Source: Geosiphon pyriformis uo1 (lineage: Eukaryota > Fungi > Glomeromycota). From it: 64,000 nt of DNA. Below the pieces are notes generated by a model that did no database searches, had not been told where the DNA came from, and saw only the letters and a program-made list of their open reading frames with translations. The stretch covers positions 579,527-643,526 of the forward strand of contig JAAOMT010000439.1 of NCBI GenBank assembly GCA_016748015.1. Reading direction: 5' to 3'. Shown in pieces: positions 28,081 through 42,800 of this stretch; positions within the stretch are counted from its first letter, which is position 1, and the number at the start of each line of letters is the position of its first letter. The position numbers and the translations under genes are program-made.

Positions 28081-28926
28081 TATTATTAATAAAAATTTAT
28101 ATTATTAATTAGCATAAAATTATTTTTATAATTTCTATTATTAATTAGCATAAAATTATTTTTATAATTTCTATTATTAATTAGTATATATTATAATTTT
28201 AATTTATTACTTATTATTTTATTAAATTATTGAATATTACTATCTAATTAGTAATTTAATTTGTATAATACATAAATATAAATAAATATAATAATTAGAT
28301 TATATAATACAGTAAACTATATAATATTTAAAAATTTACCAATATATTTAAATATTTAATAGTTTATTAAAACAATTAATAATTTATAAAAATAATTTAT
28401 AGTTTGCCAAAATCTTTAATTTATTAAAATAATAAAAAAAAGTATTAGATTATAAAATAATATTATAATAAATTGTATTAAAAAATTTCTTTTTTTCAAA
28501 AAAATATATCTTAAAATAATTAATTTAATTATAATAAATCAATTAAATAAAATTTACTTTAAAATCCAACCTTTTTTTATAATTATTATTGTTTAAAATT
28601 TACAAATTTTAATTAATATTTTAAAATTAATTAGTTATTAATTTTAGTAATTACTTAATTAATTCTAGATTTGAACCAAAAACATTTTTTTTTATATATT
28701 TTTTCTTTTTTTTTTTATAATTAAATAGTTTATAGTTGAAACTTTCTGTAAAAAAGTTGACTTTTACAACAAAATAATTAAATTTTATTAAAAAACTTAT
28801 AACCAAAATTTTTTGTAAAAAAGTTAACTTTTATTACAAAGTAATTATTTTATTATAAATTTAATAACACAAATAGTTTAAAAATAAATTAGCTTATTAA
28901 AAATTTATTAATTTTTATTAATAACA
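28081..28926 (+). repeat. Eroded solo LTR (family of 33587-34567) with a ~36-bp internal tandem duplication
   Basis: tattattaat... start and ...taataaca end; blocks ttagcataaaattatttttataa and aagttgacttttacaacaaaataatta match 33615 and 34295; ttaattagcataaaattatttttataatttctatta is repeated at ~28105-28176. Confidence 0.7.
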
Positions 28927-30254
28927 GCTATATGTAATTAAAATATAATTTAATAAAACTTTTAAAAATTTTTTTTAATAATTTAATTAAAACAATTAAA
29001 TAAATGTTTATTAATATACTTTTTTATTTATAAGATTTTAAAATTATTAAATAAATTTTAATTTAAGATTTAAAAATTGATTTAATAAACAAATATAAAT
29101 TTATTATTAATTTTTAATATAATAATATTAAAATTATTATTGTTTACATAATTCAATAGAATATATTATTATTTTTAAAAAGCTAAAACATTATATAATA
29201 CCAATTTCTTTTTAATCTAATTTTTTATAATTATATTTACTTAAAATTTGAATTTAAAATTATTTTATTATTAATAATCAAATAATTTAAAACAATTTTT
29301 TAAAAAAAGTATTTTAAAATATTTTGAATTATATATTTTTATTTACAATAAAACTTTTTATTTATTTAAAAATAACAAATTTTATATAAATATTTAAAAC
29401 AGTTTATAATTTATAAAACTTAATAATATAATAAAATTTTTGTATTTTAAACAAAACAAATTTAATAGTATTTATATTTAAATTAAAATTTAACATACTT
29501 TTAATTAATATTGCTTTTGTATAATTAAGATATAACTATAACTTTATTAATAATAAAAACTTAATTTCAAATTTCAAATTTATTATTTTAGTAATCTTAA
29601 ATACTAAAAACTCAAAATTATAAAAATCTAAAAAATTTTTTGTAATTTTATGTTAAAATCTTTAAATCATAATTTTTTGAAAATTGTTTTAGCTAATAAA
29701 TACACAATTAACTAAATAATACTCTATATTTAATTTAAATTTCTGGTCTTTTTGTGCTTAAAAAAAACCTCAAAAAATTTATTATTTTAAACAAAATAAA
29801 ATTTTTAAATTGTAATTATTTAATATTAATTAAGTTTTTAAAACTAAATTTTTATTAATCTTTATAAAAAAGCAAATTAAATATTCAATAACAACTCAAA
29901 TTTATTAATACAAAAACAGTTTTGTAATTAATGTTAAAAAATTTTTTTATATTCAAAATTATTTGATAATTATTATATTTATAAATAATATAAAAAAAAT
30001 ATAATTAATTATTTTTTTCATTCTTTTTAAATTGTTTTATGTTGTTTGTCTTAATTATAAAACTATTTAAAAAAAAGTTAATTAAATTAAAATCTAAATA
30101 TTTTTTAAAACTAATATTTTTTTTGAAACTATTTTTATTAAAATTATTATTTAAAATAACAAAAAAACATATATTTATTATTTTAACAATTAAAAAATTT
30201 ATATTATTAACTTAAATTGAATATTTTTTTTAAATTATATTTACATATAGTTTT

Positions 30255-33200
30255 TTTTTTTTTTATTGTTTAATAAATGAGGTTCAAATATCACCTAGTA
30301 CAATACATCATAAGAAATCTAAACTAGGCATAAATCATGCATTTTCTACACATGACCAGCCACTCAGGCCAATCAGAACTACACTAAGCATCTATAATAA
30401 CCAACACAGAATCCCTAATACCTGAAAAAAATAAACAAGATGCATGAAAACCAAAGCTAATGCCAAAAGCCTCTGTAATACCCAACATCTTTATCACTTC
30501 TGCAGAGAATAATGAAGAAAGACCATGCACTAGGCCAGGAACAGAGCCATCTCTAGGAATCAGGTCATGCTTCTCTATTAAAGCACGGTAACTCACATGA
30601 ACCAGCCAAATCTCATCCTTAAAAGCAAGACCAAAATTTTACACAAATTCCACCATCTTTTGACAAGCAATTTTTGAGTCTTTGAAAACCAAAACCACTT
30701 CCTGAAAACAAAGTTTGAACATAAAGCTCTTACAAAATGCTGAATACAACAAAGTGTCAGAAACGCAAAAAAGCATAAGCTGCATAATTCGTGATGATGA
30801 CTGGAGTAAACTGGAGAGTGCTCCCCAAATAGCTGCATGTGTGTCCAACAGCTGGATGCAGATAGCAGTATCAGAACCACAAGAGAAAACATAATTGGAA
30901 ACTTTGACTTTACCACAATACAAACATAAAATGCTGGGATAAAATCTACTATAAAGGCACTTGCGGACAGCAACAAGCAGTCGATAATGTAGAGCCTTCA
31001 TGAAATAAGTATAAGCACTGGCAAAACATTTACCAATGGAACCAGCAGCCATATGCATATCAGGATGCCACATGAAAGAAAACCTATGCCAGTTCACATC
31101 ACCATGCAAACTGGTGACCAAAATCCTAGAACCAGAACCAATCTCCCATTGAGCATGATGAACACAATGGAAAATATCATGAACAAAATGTCTAGAATTT
31201 CCAAAAACAGCCATACCACCTGCCAAAATATAGTATGCATTCACATGCAAAGGAAAAGAATGTTTAGACATAGCAGCAGTCATAGCAAGAGCATCCACAT
31301 GCTTATTACCCACAACACCAGAATGTTCTTTAACTTTAAACCAACAGATGTTCAGATTTTTATTATGAATCAAGTTGTAAATGTGACGGCATTCTAACCA
31401 GCATCGATTTCAAAAGTCCGGAACCACCAGACCCAGCTCAAATTTGCATGCATCTAAAGCTGCTTGACTGTCAGAGAACAAATAAACAGAACTAGAAAGG
31501 GGAACACACTCAAAAGCCAGGGCAATAGCCTGCAACTCCACCATAGTAAAAGACACCAAACCAGAGACTTCAACACCCAAACCCAAATTAACACCATCAA
31601 AAAAAATGGCAGTACCAGCCCACATGCCAACAGTACCCAAACCAGCCAAAGAACCATCAGTATAAACCGAAATACTATTAGTACTGACACCAAGCAGATG
31701 ATCATGAATTGTAACAAATTCAATTGAATCCAGGACATTTTGAGGGGCAACCCCACCAACAGTAGAAGACGTAATAGAAACGGAAGCCATCATGTTGATA
31801 AAAGAAACTGAAAGATCAAACCAGACAGGAATCGGCCCATGTGGGTCCAACCACTTCCAATGTTTAAAGATTGCCTAAGTAAAAGCAGCTTCACTACAGT
31901 TCCGAAGTTGGTCCACAAAAACAACACCATAATGCCAAAGAGATGGAAGACATCTGACAAATTTAGACTCACCAAAAACAGATACCATAGGGGTCTCTTT
32001 CCGAAGACAAAAAGCATTGGCTCCAATGCCACCCAGAGAAAGATTATAATCATGAAATATACAAACCAAGTCTGCCAAAAAATTATTGGAAGCACCAACA
32101 CCAATACGAGCAGAGAAACTCAAGAGATGGATTGGATGCTAACACAAAACTTGCAAGTCATGAGATCTGTAAGCAAACAAACAACCCAAAATACCAACCA
32201 AATTTGCAAAACAAACAACAAATGCCACTTTGTGTTCAGCCTGAATTTGTTTAAAAGTATTCAAGCCATACAATGAAGGGTGATACAATGTATTATTGGA
32301 AAAATCCAAAGGCAGACCAGATTTCAATTTCAAATCCTTGCAAATTATAGTATTCTATTTGTTGTACACACTAGGAGGAACAAAGCTGAACTGAGTTCTG
32401 TAATTCACAATAGGGTGGAGGACTAAAGACACCAAATACAAAAATTGTTTATCAGAGATGGCTTTTTTTAACACAAGATTAGCAAAAAACTTGATGTTTG
32501 AATAAGCTTTAGCAAGACTGGATTTAAAAAGACTCTCAGTGGACAAAAAGATACCCAAATACTAATGAAGTTCCCCCTTTTTGGCCACAGATATAAGCAT
32601 TCCACTTATCAAAAGAGAGAGATTCACAACCTGGCAGTTGATAGGAATGGCCATGGTTTTATCATTGTTAATTAAAATGTCATTAAGCCTGAAAAATTTG
32701 CTAGTAACATCTAAAATGTGTTGTGCCACCACCTAACTACTACCAACCCAGATCGTATCATCCACAAAAGCGCCAACAGCAAGAAATGAAGTTAACCCAG
32801 CTTGAGATTCCACATGACCAGTCCTAAAAACGAAATGAAAATTCAACCTATACCCATATACACTCTCCTGTCTCTTAACCTTGCACAGAAGAGGATCATA
32901 AAATATCTGCCAAAGGAAATGTGAAAAAACCTCCTCTTGGTCCAAGTCATCATGCACATGATAACCACTTGTTAACCCAAAATTGGTCATAATCCAGTTG
33001 ATACGATCACCATGAATACTCCCAAAAAATTGAATAAATTTGTTACACATTTTGATCCTAACCAGATTATTTCTGAGATATTCCCAACCAACAGAATTAT
33101 AAGTCTTTTGCATGTTCTGCAAAACCAGCCAGAGCTTCCAGTTTTTTTCTATAGCATTCTTGATCACTAAACCAACCGCGAAAATAGGAGACTGAGTCGT

Positions 33201-36200
33201 AGTACCTTTCAAAACTAAAAAATTGTCACCATGAAGAACATCATACTTGCTGCATGCCAATGAGATTCTGTCAAAAAGAATTTTGGAGAGAATCTTACAA
33301 GCTGTTTCAATCAGAGCTATAGGACGAGTATTAGTAAGCATGCCTTCCCATTCATAAGGCTTAGGAATCATTGAAACCCAAGCCTCCCTCCAAACACCAG
33401 GAATTAATTCATCAGAAAAACAAGAATTGATGAGAACCAAGAACATATTAAGAGCTAAACCGTCACAATGCTTTCAGAGTTTGTTGAAGATACCCAAAAG
33501 ACCAGCAGCTTTCCCATTAGACAGATTGGAAACCACACCAAATAATTCAACAAAACCAACACAGTCCATGACATTGGAATAGATGCTGTTATCAGACGAA
33601 ATTAGAGATATTGTTTAGCATGAAATTACCCTTATAAATCTTATCATTAATTAGCATATATTATTATTTCAAATTATCACTTATTACATTAGCAAAATGT
33701 CTGAAATTATCATTTAATTAATAACCCAATTTGTATATAACACAAATGTAATTTAAGTGTGATAATCAATCATGCAATACCCCAAAATATGTAACATTCA
33801 AAAGTTTGCCGAAATTTGTAGAAATTTGCTGAAATAATTGATAGTTTACCGAAATATCTAATAGTTCACAGAAATAACTTGTAGTTTGCCAAAATGTATC
33901 TTTAGTTCAGTAAAATTGTAGAAAAGAGCAAAGTTCAAGTTCATAGAATAGTGTTACAACAAGTTGTATAAAAGAAGAGCTTCTCTTTTTGAGAAAATAT
34001 ATCTTACTTTAGATTTATCACTTAAAACCATTCCTACACACACACAAAAAGAAATAAATATCAAATAATTTGAAAAACCAAATTTTTTAATTATTGCACT
34101 TGGAAAATCCCCAAAACCCAACTAACATATTGAAATTAATTAGCTACCAATTTCAGTAAACTGTTAGTGACTCCAGGCCTAGATAGAAAACGTTTTCTTT
34201 GACAGAATTCTATTTTTTTTACATTTTTTTTATTTTTCTTGTATTTTCTTATTACAATCATTAAGGTAGCCTACAGACAAGATTCCTGTAGAAGAGTTGA
34301 CTTTCACAGCAAAGTAACTACACATTTTTAGTAAGCTTCCAGACAAACAATTCCTGGAAAAGAGTTGACGTTTACTACAATGTAACTACACAAAGCAACT
34401 GACACAGAATTGGCCATTCCACTTATAAGCCCAGCAGTTCAAACTATAGGAGATAATTTGAGAATAAATTCAGTTATCAGAGGTTCAAACACTTCCCATA
34501 GTCGTGAATTAACAACATTACAACAAACATACAAGAGCTAAAAAGAGACCAAAAATCTCCAGTAACAGCATTATCAAAAACATGTTCCAGAGGCTGATAC
34601 TGATGAGACCAATTCTCAGGCACATTGCAAACTACATCTTGCTTCCATGTCCAACCCTTCATTATCTCATCTACTTTATTTTTAACATGATCAGGCTCCA
34701 AGATCAGCTTCTTACCCACCACTAAATGATCTAAAATGACTTTGCGAAAGGACTGCTCCAAGACACTCCTGATAGTGTGACCTTTGACTGACTCAAAGTT
34801 TTCTATCTTTCTATTAATAGCAGACCTGATATAAGAATCCTCAGCACATTTCGACTCTAACAACTTAGAAGCATGATAAGATTTCCTGATCTTTGAAAGA
34901 GCAGATTGTATATCATTCAAAGAAGAACCTGAGAGAAAAAGAGATTTTACCAACAAAACATTAACAGAATCAAGCAGAATCCAAGTTTCCAGCAGTAAAG
35001 TAAATACATCACAATTAATCAACTAGGAAGCTATAACCAATTTAGACACCAGCAACTCCAATCTATGAAATCTGAACAAGGTTTTGGTAAAAACACCATC
35101 ATATTCCTTGAACCATTTTTTTTTGAAAACCACATTTGCCGAAAAACACAATGTCTTATGAACAGCATCCCACATAGCATCCAGATCTGAATGCATTTTG
35201 GCATTCAAGAAATTATCAAAGAGCATGGCAGCATTAGCTGTCATTTCATCCTTAAACTTTGACCATAAAGCATCATCAGCACCTTTAAAATTGTACTTTT
35301 AATAATCTTTATTCATCTGTTTATGCAATGAGTTTAATTGCACATCCAGCAAACCACCAAGACCCACAGAAACAAAAACAGCCCTATGATTAGTACTGAA
35401 AAACTTCTCAATGCCAGCCACACCATGATCTAAAATTGCATTAACTAAATTTGACGACACAAATACATAGTCAATAGTTTTGGCAACTCCTCAAGAATTG
35501 TTCCACGTAGCTTTCTTTTTATATAAGCTTCTACCCAAGGAGTTAACCAAACCTAAATCAAAACATCTTTTGAAACTTGCACTTTTGTGAGAACCATTTT
35601 CATTGAAATTACCATCCAAGATGATGAAAGAGGACTCATTTACCACCCTTGCAATCAAAAAATTAACATTATCTGCCTAAGAGAAACAAACTGCCAGAGA
35701 AGCTTCAGCATACAGCTCCAAAACTGACACAAAAAAATTATTTTTGAAAAGAAGCTTGAGAGAAAAAAACTGACCAGGAATATCCAAAACCTTGTATACA
35801 TGCCAAACCAAAAAATTGTTCATAATGATTGCAATTCCAGAACTCAGGTGACCAGAATTCAAACCAGAAGTAAAAACCTAAATGTCATTAAACTTGTTTA
35901 TAATCCAAGAATGGATCTTACCTCTCAACTTAGTTTTAGTAACAATTGAAATCACATTGTTCATTTTTTTATGCCAATGAATAATATTATCCTGTTTCGC
36001 AGGATTGTTCATTCCCTTAATGTTACACATTGCAATTTCCAAACCAAACTGTTCATTGAGAATTGAAAAACAATGACAACTTTAAGCCAGTAAACAACTG
36101 ATCAAACCTCACTAAAATGAAATTTACCAAAACTTCCAGAGCCACAAATTTAGATTTAAGACTGCCCAACTTGAAAGTTAAGACCTTAAAACTGCTTGAG

Positions 36201-38089
36201 CCAAGAATTGGACTATCAGTAGTAATAGAAAAGGAGGTATCAGAAAAACTATCAGGACTATCCAAGACCATATCAAAAAGGGAATTTGAATTTGCAACCA
36301 CAGACAGAACGAAAGCAAGAGGTTGAGAGACAGACATAGCAGGAGTTTTCTTTAAAACAGGCACCAAAGGCACCAACCTGGCATCATTTAGGTGTTTTAC
36401 TATATATGACACTTGGTCCAACAGGAGCCCCAAAGATCATTCTAAAAACAACAAGCATTTATTCAAAGCAGAGTTAAGTGTGAAAGTAGAAGGAGACAGA
36501 CAACTAGAATCCGGACCACCAAAGGAAGAGAGACTTGAATCAGATCCAACAGAAAGACCATAAGATGTAAACACAAAAGAAATAACCTGAGCCCATGATT
36601 TACTGCCAAAGACAGCTGGGCAAGAGATGGGAACACTCTTTTTCATGTACAACTTGGCAAGTTGGAGGCAATTCTCATCCAAAGTGACTTGCTTTATAAA
36701 TAATTTTAGAGGCTTGGAAGTGGAAACAATCTCAGCATCACACTCCAAAACTGAATAACCAAGCTTCTCACACCTACCACACTAAACAAGACCCAATCTA
36801 GCCTAAAAAAGCTTCACTCTACCAAGAATTAGAACTGTACAAAAAGCTGACTCCAACATTTTATCAGACTTGAAGCCAACCACAGTACAACGAGTCCTAT
36901 TACCACTTTCTAATGACCAATTAATGACACACGTCTTCCCACCAGCCCCTTCCAAAAGATTTTCAAGATCATGCACAGTTGTACCCACAGGCAAAGTAAA
37001 CAAAAGCGCCCTGAACTGATTCCTTGATGCTCATGTCTCATGATCCCCCACAGCTTTGGCCATGCGCACTGAATTTTTCCTGATTAAGAATGACCACTTA
37101 GCTGCCAACAGATCTGCTTAACTTGATTTGGCAAACTCCACTACAGCCTTCTGCCACAGCTTAATGAGTTGCAATCGGATCGACACCACTTGATCAAACT
37201 CAAAAAGAGCTGCAATGATCATTCCTTTTGATGTATTCATAAGAATTTCCTTTATTACTACAGCCTGATCCGAACGAATTTCTTGTTTCTTAAGATCAGT
37301 GTTTACAGTGATCTCTTTTTTTCTGGCCAATAATGTGGCCTTTTTTATGCTGATCTTTGAGGTAAAGGTAGATCTGATGATCCCTTCAAATTTTGAGGAG
37401 GTAGTGGCCCTCCCAAAACCATTGATTTTCGAAAATAATTTTCTGATGACTTGAGTTTTGGTCATAGCCAATTTGCCTTCTACAGCTGAGAGATTAATGT
37501 TCAGAGCAAAAGATTTTTTCACAGCAATTTTCACTTGAGTTTTGATTATTTTGAGATCTAATCACTTTCTTTCCAAAGAAATACCAAGAGGAGGAGGGAG
37601 GAAACCACCATCATTGTCATCCATGTCATAATTCAGAGAGCCAAGAGGGAAACCACAGGCCAAATCATTTTTAACTCTCTTTGTCTTAGGAGTTGTAGCA
37701 GCTGAACCAAAAAAAAACTTATCACTACTACCAACCAAGACATCATCAACAATACTACTACTAGAATCACTTTCCATATCAGAGTATATGCCTTCATTAG
37801 AATGAGGTTTGGCCAAAAAAACACCACCTTTAACACCAAAAAGCTTGACATTGTGAAGAGAAATCTTTTTCTTTTGTGAAAAAGAGCCACCAGCAGGACC
37901 AGAGGAAGCACCCAAGGAAGCCTTTGAACTTGACAAACTGCCACTAGAGGCAGCCTCCATATCCACAACAAATGAGTTATGTGTAAAAGAAATAGTGAAA
38001 TAAAACAGATAGAAAAAACAAAAAATCTCTTCCAAAATTGTGCTTTTTGGAGAATTTGGGATGTACGAAAGAAAGAAGTTTTTGTTTTT
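30255..38089 (-). mobile_element. LINE copy E, full length, inverted near-identical sister of D, interrupted by a solo LTR; TSD ATATAGTTTT
   Basis: ORF1 37960-36053, ORF2 36056-30384; translations nearly identical to D; poly-T at 30251-30264; ATATAGTTTT at 30245-30254 and 38090-38099. Confidence 0.95.
33587..34567 (+). repeat. Solo LTR (981 bp, second LTR family) inserted in LINE E ORF2
   Basis: TGTTA...TAACA termini; absent from the homologous position of D (~24020); flanks ATGC/GCAT differ only by transitions (probable eroded 4-bp TSD); TATAAAA near 33967 suggests plus orientation. Confidence 0.88.
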
Positions 38090-39161
38090 ATATAGTTTTA
38101 TAATTAATATAAAAGTTTATTTTAAAAATCTTAAAAACATAATAAATTAAATTATTATTTATAATAATTATTATTTTAAAATCCAAATAATTAGAATTAA
38201 ACCAAAAATAAAAAAAGAATAATATGTATATTACTTTTTAAAAATATTATGTTAAATTTTAATAAAATTGTATTAATAAAGTTAAAAAGCACATATATTT
38301 GTTTTAAAATTATCTAACTGCTTAATAATAAATAAAAACATTAAAATTTATTTACAATTTTTTTAAAAAAAACTATTTACAACTATATTAAATATAATTA
38401 ATAACAACAAAAAGATAATAACAATTTTAAAAAAAATATAATATTTAATCTTTTAAAAATAACAATAACTTAATCAAAAAAGAAATTTAAACTTTTTTCA
38501 AATTTTTTAATTATAAAACTGTTAAAAATAAAACATTTATAAGAAAAACACCAGAAAAAAAATATACCAAAAACTATTATTAAAAATATAATTAAATAAA
38601 ACAATTTAAATTCAAGATTTTTTACCAAAAACAATTAAATATTAAATAAAGACTTTTTTTTTACATAAAATTAACCATATAAAAATTATTTTCAAAAAGT
38701 ATTTACTTAATAAATTTTCTAAATTAATTATTAAAAATAATAAAAAAATTATATTTTAATATAAAATATCCAAATTTTTTACATTTTTTACAACAAATTA
38801 AGTTTAATCTAATTTAAAAAAAAAATAATTTTACTAAATACAAAAATAGTATAAAAAGCTTAATTTAAAGTTTTTTTAAATTCTAATCTTAATATTAGTA
38901 ATAAACATGTAATTAATAATATAATTTTTTTATTAGGTTTTTTTAAAAGAATACCAAAATTATACATAATTGTGCTTATAAATAAAATAAACAATAATAA
39001 TTAAATTAATTTTTTAAAGACCATATTATCTAATTTTTATTAGTTTTAATTATATGCATAAAATTTTTTTGATTAAAATAAACTACTTAAATATCAATAA
39101 ATTAATCTAATTTAATTTAAGAAATTTTATTACAGCTTTTTTTTATTGTTTTATAAGCTAT

Positions 39162-39809
39162 TATTACAAATTAGAATAACATGCTAATAAATAATAAAAT
39201 AAAACAAAATTATATGATAATAAAAATAATTAAAGAGAATTTAATTTTAAAGAATAAATTAAATTAATATAAATTCAATATGTAAAATTAGTTTTAAATC
39301 ATTATTTTTTCCAAAAAGTAATAAAAAAATTTAAAGATAGAAAAATAGTTTATACTATTAACAAAAAATAACATATTAGTATAATTTTATGTTTTATATT
39401 AATGTTTTTAGAATTTAATATCAAATATTAATTATACTTTTTAATAATTTTTAAACTAATAATTTTAGATAAATACTAACAAATAATTTTTTATTATAAA
39501 GATGTTCAAATACTTAAAGAAAATTAAAAAAGAAAAATAAGCAAATTAAAAATAATTAGGTATTTAAAAATAGTTTTTATTATTTTAATTTATATATGTT
39601 TTGTATATTAAAACATGTTTTTTTAAAGCTAAAAAATATATTATTTATATAGCTATTCAAAATAGTTAATAATTAAGTTAATAATTAGGTTAATAATCAG
39701 ATTATTAATTAGATTATTAATTATTTTTTAAAATTAGAGTGGTTAATCATAAAATATTATTAATTAATACATATAATAATTAATAAAATTATGGTTTTTA
39801 ATTATAATA
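39162..39809 (-). repeat. 3' LTR of the old gypsy element
   Basis: Aligns with 56137-56855 (e.g. taaagagaatttaa...aaattaaattaatataaatt; aaatacttaaagaaaat); contains ~12-bp tandem units taataattaagt. Confidence 0.8.
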
Positions 39810-42800
39810 TTATTTTTTTTAAAAAGATTGAGTTCTAATAAAATTAAATTATTTATAAAATTTCTAATTAAAAAGTTTTGTTTAACTTAAAATTAACTAG
39901 TTTTATAAAGTTTTTTGTTAATAAAATATATAAAATTTAAAGTAAAATAAGCTTTGTATTCATAAGACCAAATATTTATATAAGAGTTTTGGCTTTTTTA
40001 GCAATAGTCAAAGCTTTTAAAATATTTAACTATATAATATCCAAAATTTTTGTCTGTATTTTTAAAAATGTTTTTTTAAAAACTTTATGTTTTTTATGAT
40101 TTTATTAAGACAACTATAGAGTTTTAACTGTTTTTCATAAAACAAATTTTTGTTTATAGACAAAATTTTTTTAATTATTTGTTCAAATGTATTAAAAAGT
40201 AATAATATTATTAAAGTTATACATTTAAGCATCTATTTATTTATTTTATTACCAGTTTTTTTCTTTTTAGTAGTGATTTTTTTTGGTTTAATAACAATAT
40301 ATGTTTTATTATTATTAGTTATAATAATCTGTTTTTCAATAGTTAAAATAGCATTTTAATAATTTTTAATTTAATACTATAAAGAGTATAGAAAGCATTT
40401 TAAATGTTTTAATTCAAAAAATAATTGTTGATGTTGATTAAAAATACTTCTATTTTAAGAATAGTATATCTATTTATAACTAATTTTTGTTAATTATTTG
40501 AATTAATATTACTATAACAGACAATCAATTAGATTATTTGTAATATTTTTTGAATCATGTATTATGTATAGATTAATTATTAAAGCTTATTCTATATTAA
40601 TTTTATAGAATATAAAAATCATTGTTCAAAATTTTGTTGATTATAAAAAATATTTTTTACTGATTAGAAAACTTATCTTTATAAACATTGTTTTTGTTTA
40701 AATAATATTTCAGAACTAGATTACTAATACTTAAAAAAAGTGTTTTATATGTTTTTTTTTTAAATTTTTCTTAAAACTGTTTTATCTTTTTAAAAGCAAT
40801 TATTTATGCTTTTATTAGTGAGTTAAAAATTGTATTAAGTTTTTTTTGCAAGATATTTTTGTGTTTTTTTATTGTAATTTTTTCAAAAAGTATTGTTTTA
40901 ATATCAGTTTTTATTAGTAATATTGCTATTTTTCTATAAAGCAGATAAAAAAACTCATAACTTATTATATTATAATTTACAGTTTTATAAATAAACAAAG
41001 CTGAAAACAGTATTTTGTCTTATAAATTTGTTTTTTTATTAATTTTGGTCAAATTTTTATATAATATTCTATTGAAATATTTCATTAAATTATTTGTTTA
41101 AAAGTAATAAAAAAATGAAAATTTATAACATATTTTTAGTTTTTTACAAAGTTTTTCAATTAGAGTACTAAAAAAAAGTTTTTTTATGAAATAAAATTTT
41201 TTTTAAATATTTATAATAATATATAATATTTTTATAAATAAAGTTAACAATAAAAACTGTTGTTTAGTCAAATATAATTCTTGTTTTTATTCATTTTATA
41301 AGATATTTAGTAGCTATTATAATATATTTATTGCTATCAAAAGTTATTATTAAAGATTTAACAATATTAATACCAATTTTATTAAATAGTTGATCAACAA
41401 AAATTAAATAAATATTTTTTTTTTATTGGTGAATTTTTTTTAATAAGTATTACAAGTTTAATATAGTTAGCAATATTTTTTTTAAAATAAATTAATTATA
41501 ATAAACTAAAATCTTCTAAATAGTTTTTATTTTTTTTTGTATAACTGGTTTTGGTAAATTAAATAAAAATTTGATTATTTTTGCAAATATTTTTTTTGTT
41601 TTTAAGTGTAATTTAGTAAATATTGTTTTTTATTCAAAAATTTTATTAAGACAAAATAATTGTTCAAATTTATTATTATGTTTAATTAAAGCAATTATAT
41701 TAATAATTAAATTGGTTTGGTAAAAATAATTATGCTATTAGTTAATAATAAGTTTAAAAAAAATATTAATATTTTAATAATTAGTTTTTTTATAGTGTTG
41801 TATATTATAGTCAAATTTATTTAATTAGAGTATTCAGTAAGCTAACTATTTATGTTTTAATTTTTTTTTGTTGTATAGCCAAACTAATATTTAATAATCT
41901 GTTATTATTAAAAATTTAGCATTAAAAAAATATTTATCTTAGTAACTGGTAGCTTAAATTACTATCAGGTATTTTTGGTTAATAACTAAATAATTTTGTT
42001 CTGCTAAAAAAAGTGTTTTATTAACATATATTATTATATGTTTTTTGTTATTATTATCTTTTTAAGAAAAAACAAAACTAAATATAAAGCTAAATATATT
42101 AATATAAAGAATAAAAAATCAGTTTAAATTAAATTATTTGAAAATAGATTTAATAATAAGTTTTTTTTTAAAGTTTTGAAAGCTTTTTGTTAATATATAC
42201 TTTAGTGATAGTTAACATTTTTTCTAAGCAATTAATTTAAAGATACAGCAATTTTAAAAAAATCTTTAACAAATTTTTGGTAATAAGAGACCAAACCAAA
42301 AAAAAAAGCATACTTCAGATATATTCATTAATTATTTAAAATTTTGGTTTTTTTTGTTTTGGCAAAATCAAAAAAAAATTCTATTTTTTATAATAAAATA
42401 ACTAAAAAATTAAGTAAATTATTATTTAAAGAAAGATTTGATTGAATTGATTTTTAGATCAAAATTTTTTAGAAAATTTAAGGTCTTTTATTAATGTTTA
42501 AAATATTTATCTCAAATTTTTGAGTATACTATTATATTATCTAAATAAATTAAAAAAAATCTCTGTTAACTAATTTAAATATTTTGTTTATTAATTTTTG
42601 AAAAATAAGAAAAATATTGGTTAATTTAAAAACATAACTATAAATTTGTATATATTATATTTTGTATTTTCTTACAACTTTTTGAATTTATTTTTATTTG
42701 CCAGAATTTGGTAGTTAAGTTAATAATTGAAATAAAAACAGCACCATAAAACTTATTTAATATTGTATTAATTTTGAAAAGTATATATATGTTTTTTTTA

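Noticed and set aside
20504-38089. Segmental inverted duplication or giant TIR transposon
   Set aside because: Similarity ends at the LINE termini, each copy has its own poly-A and TSD, and the spacer has no transposase.
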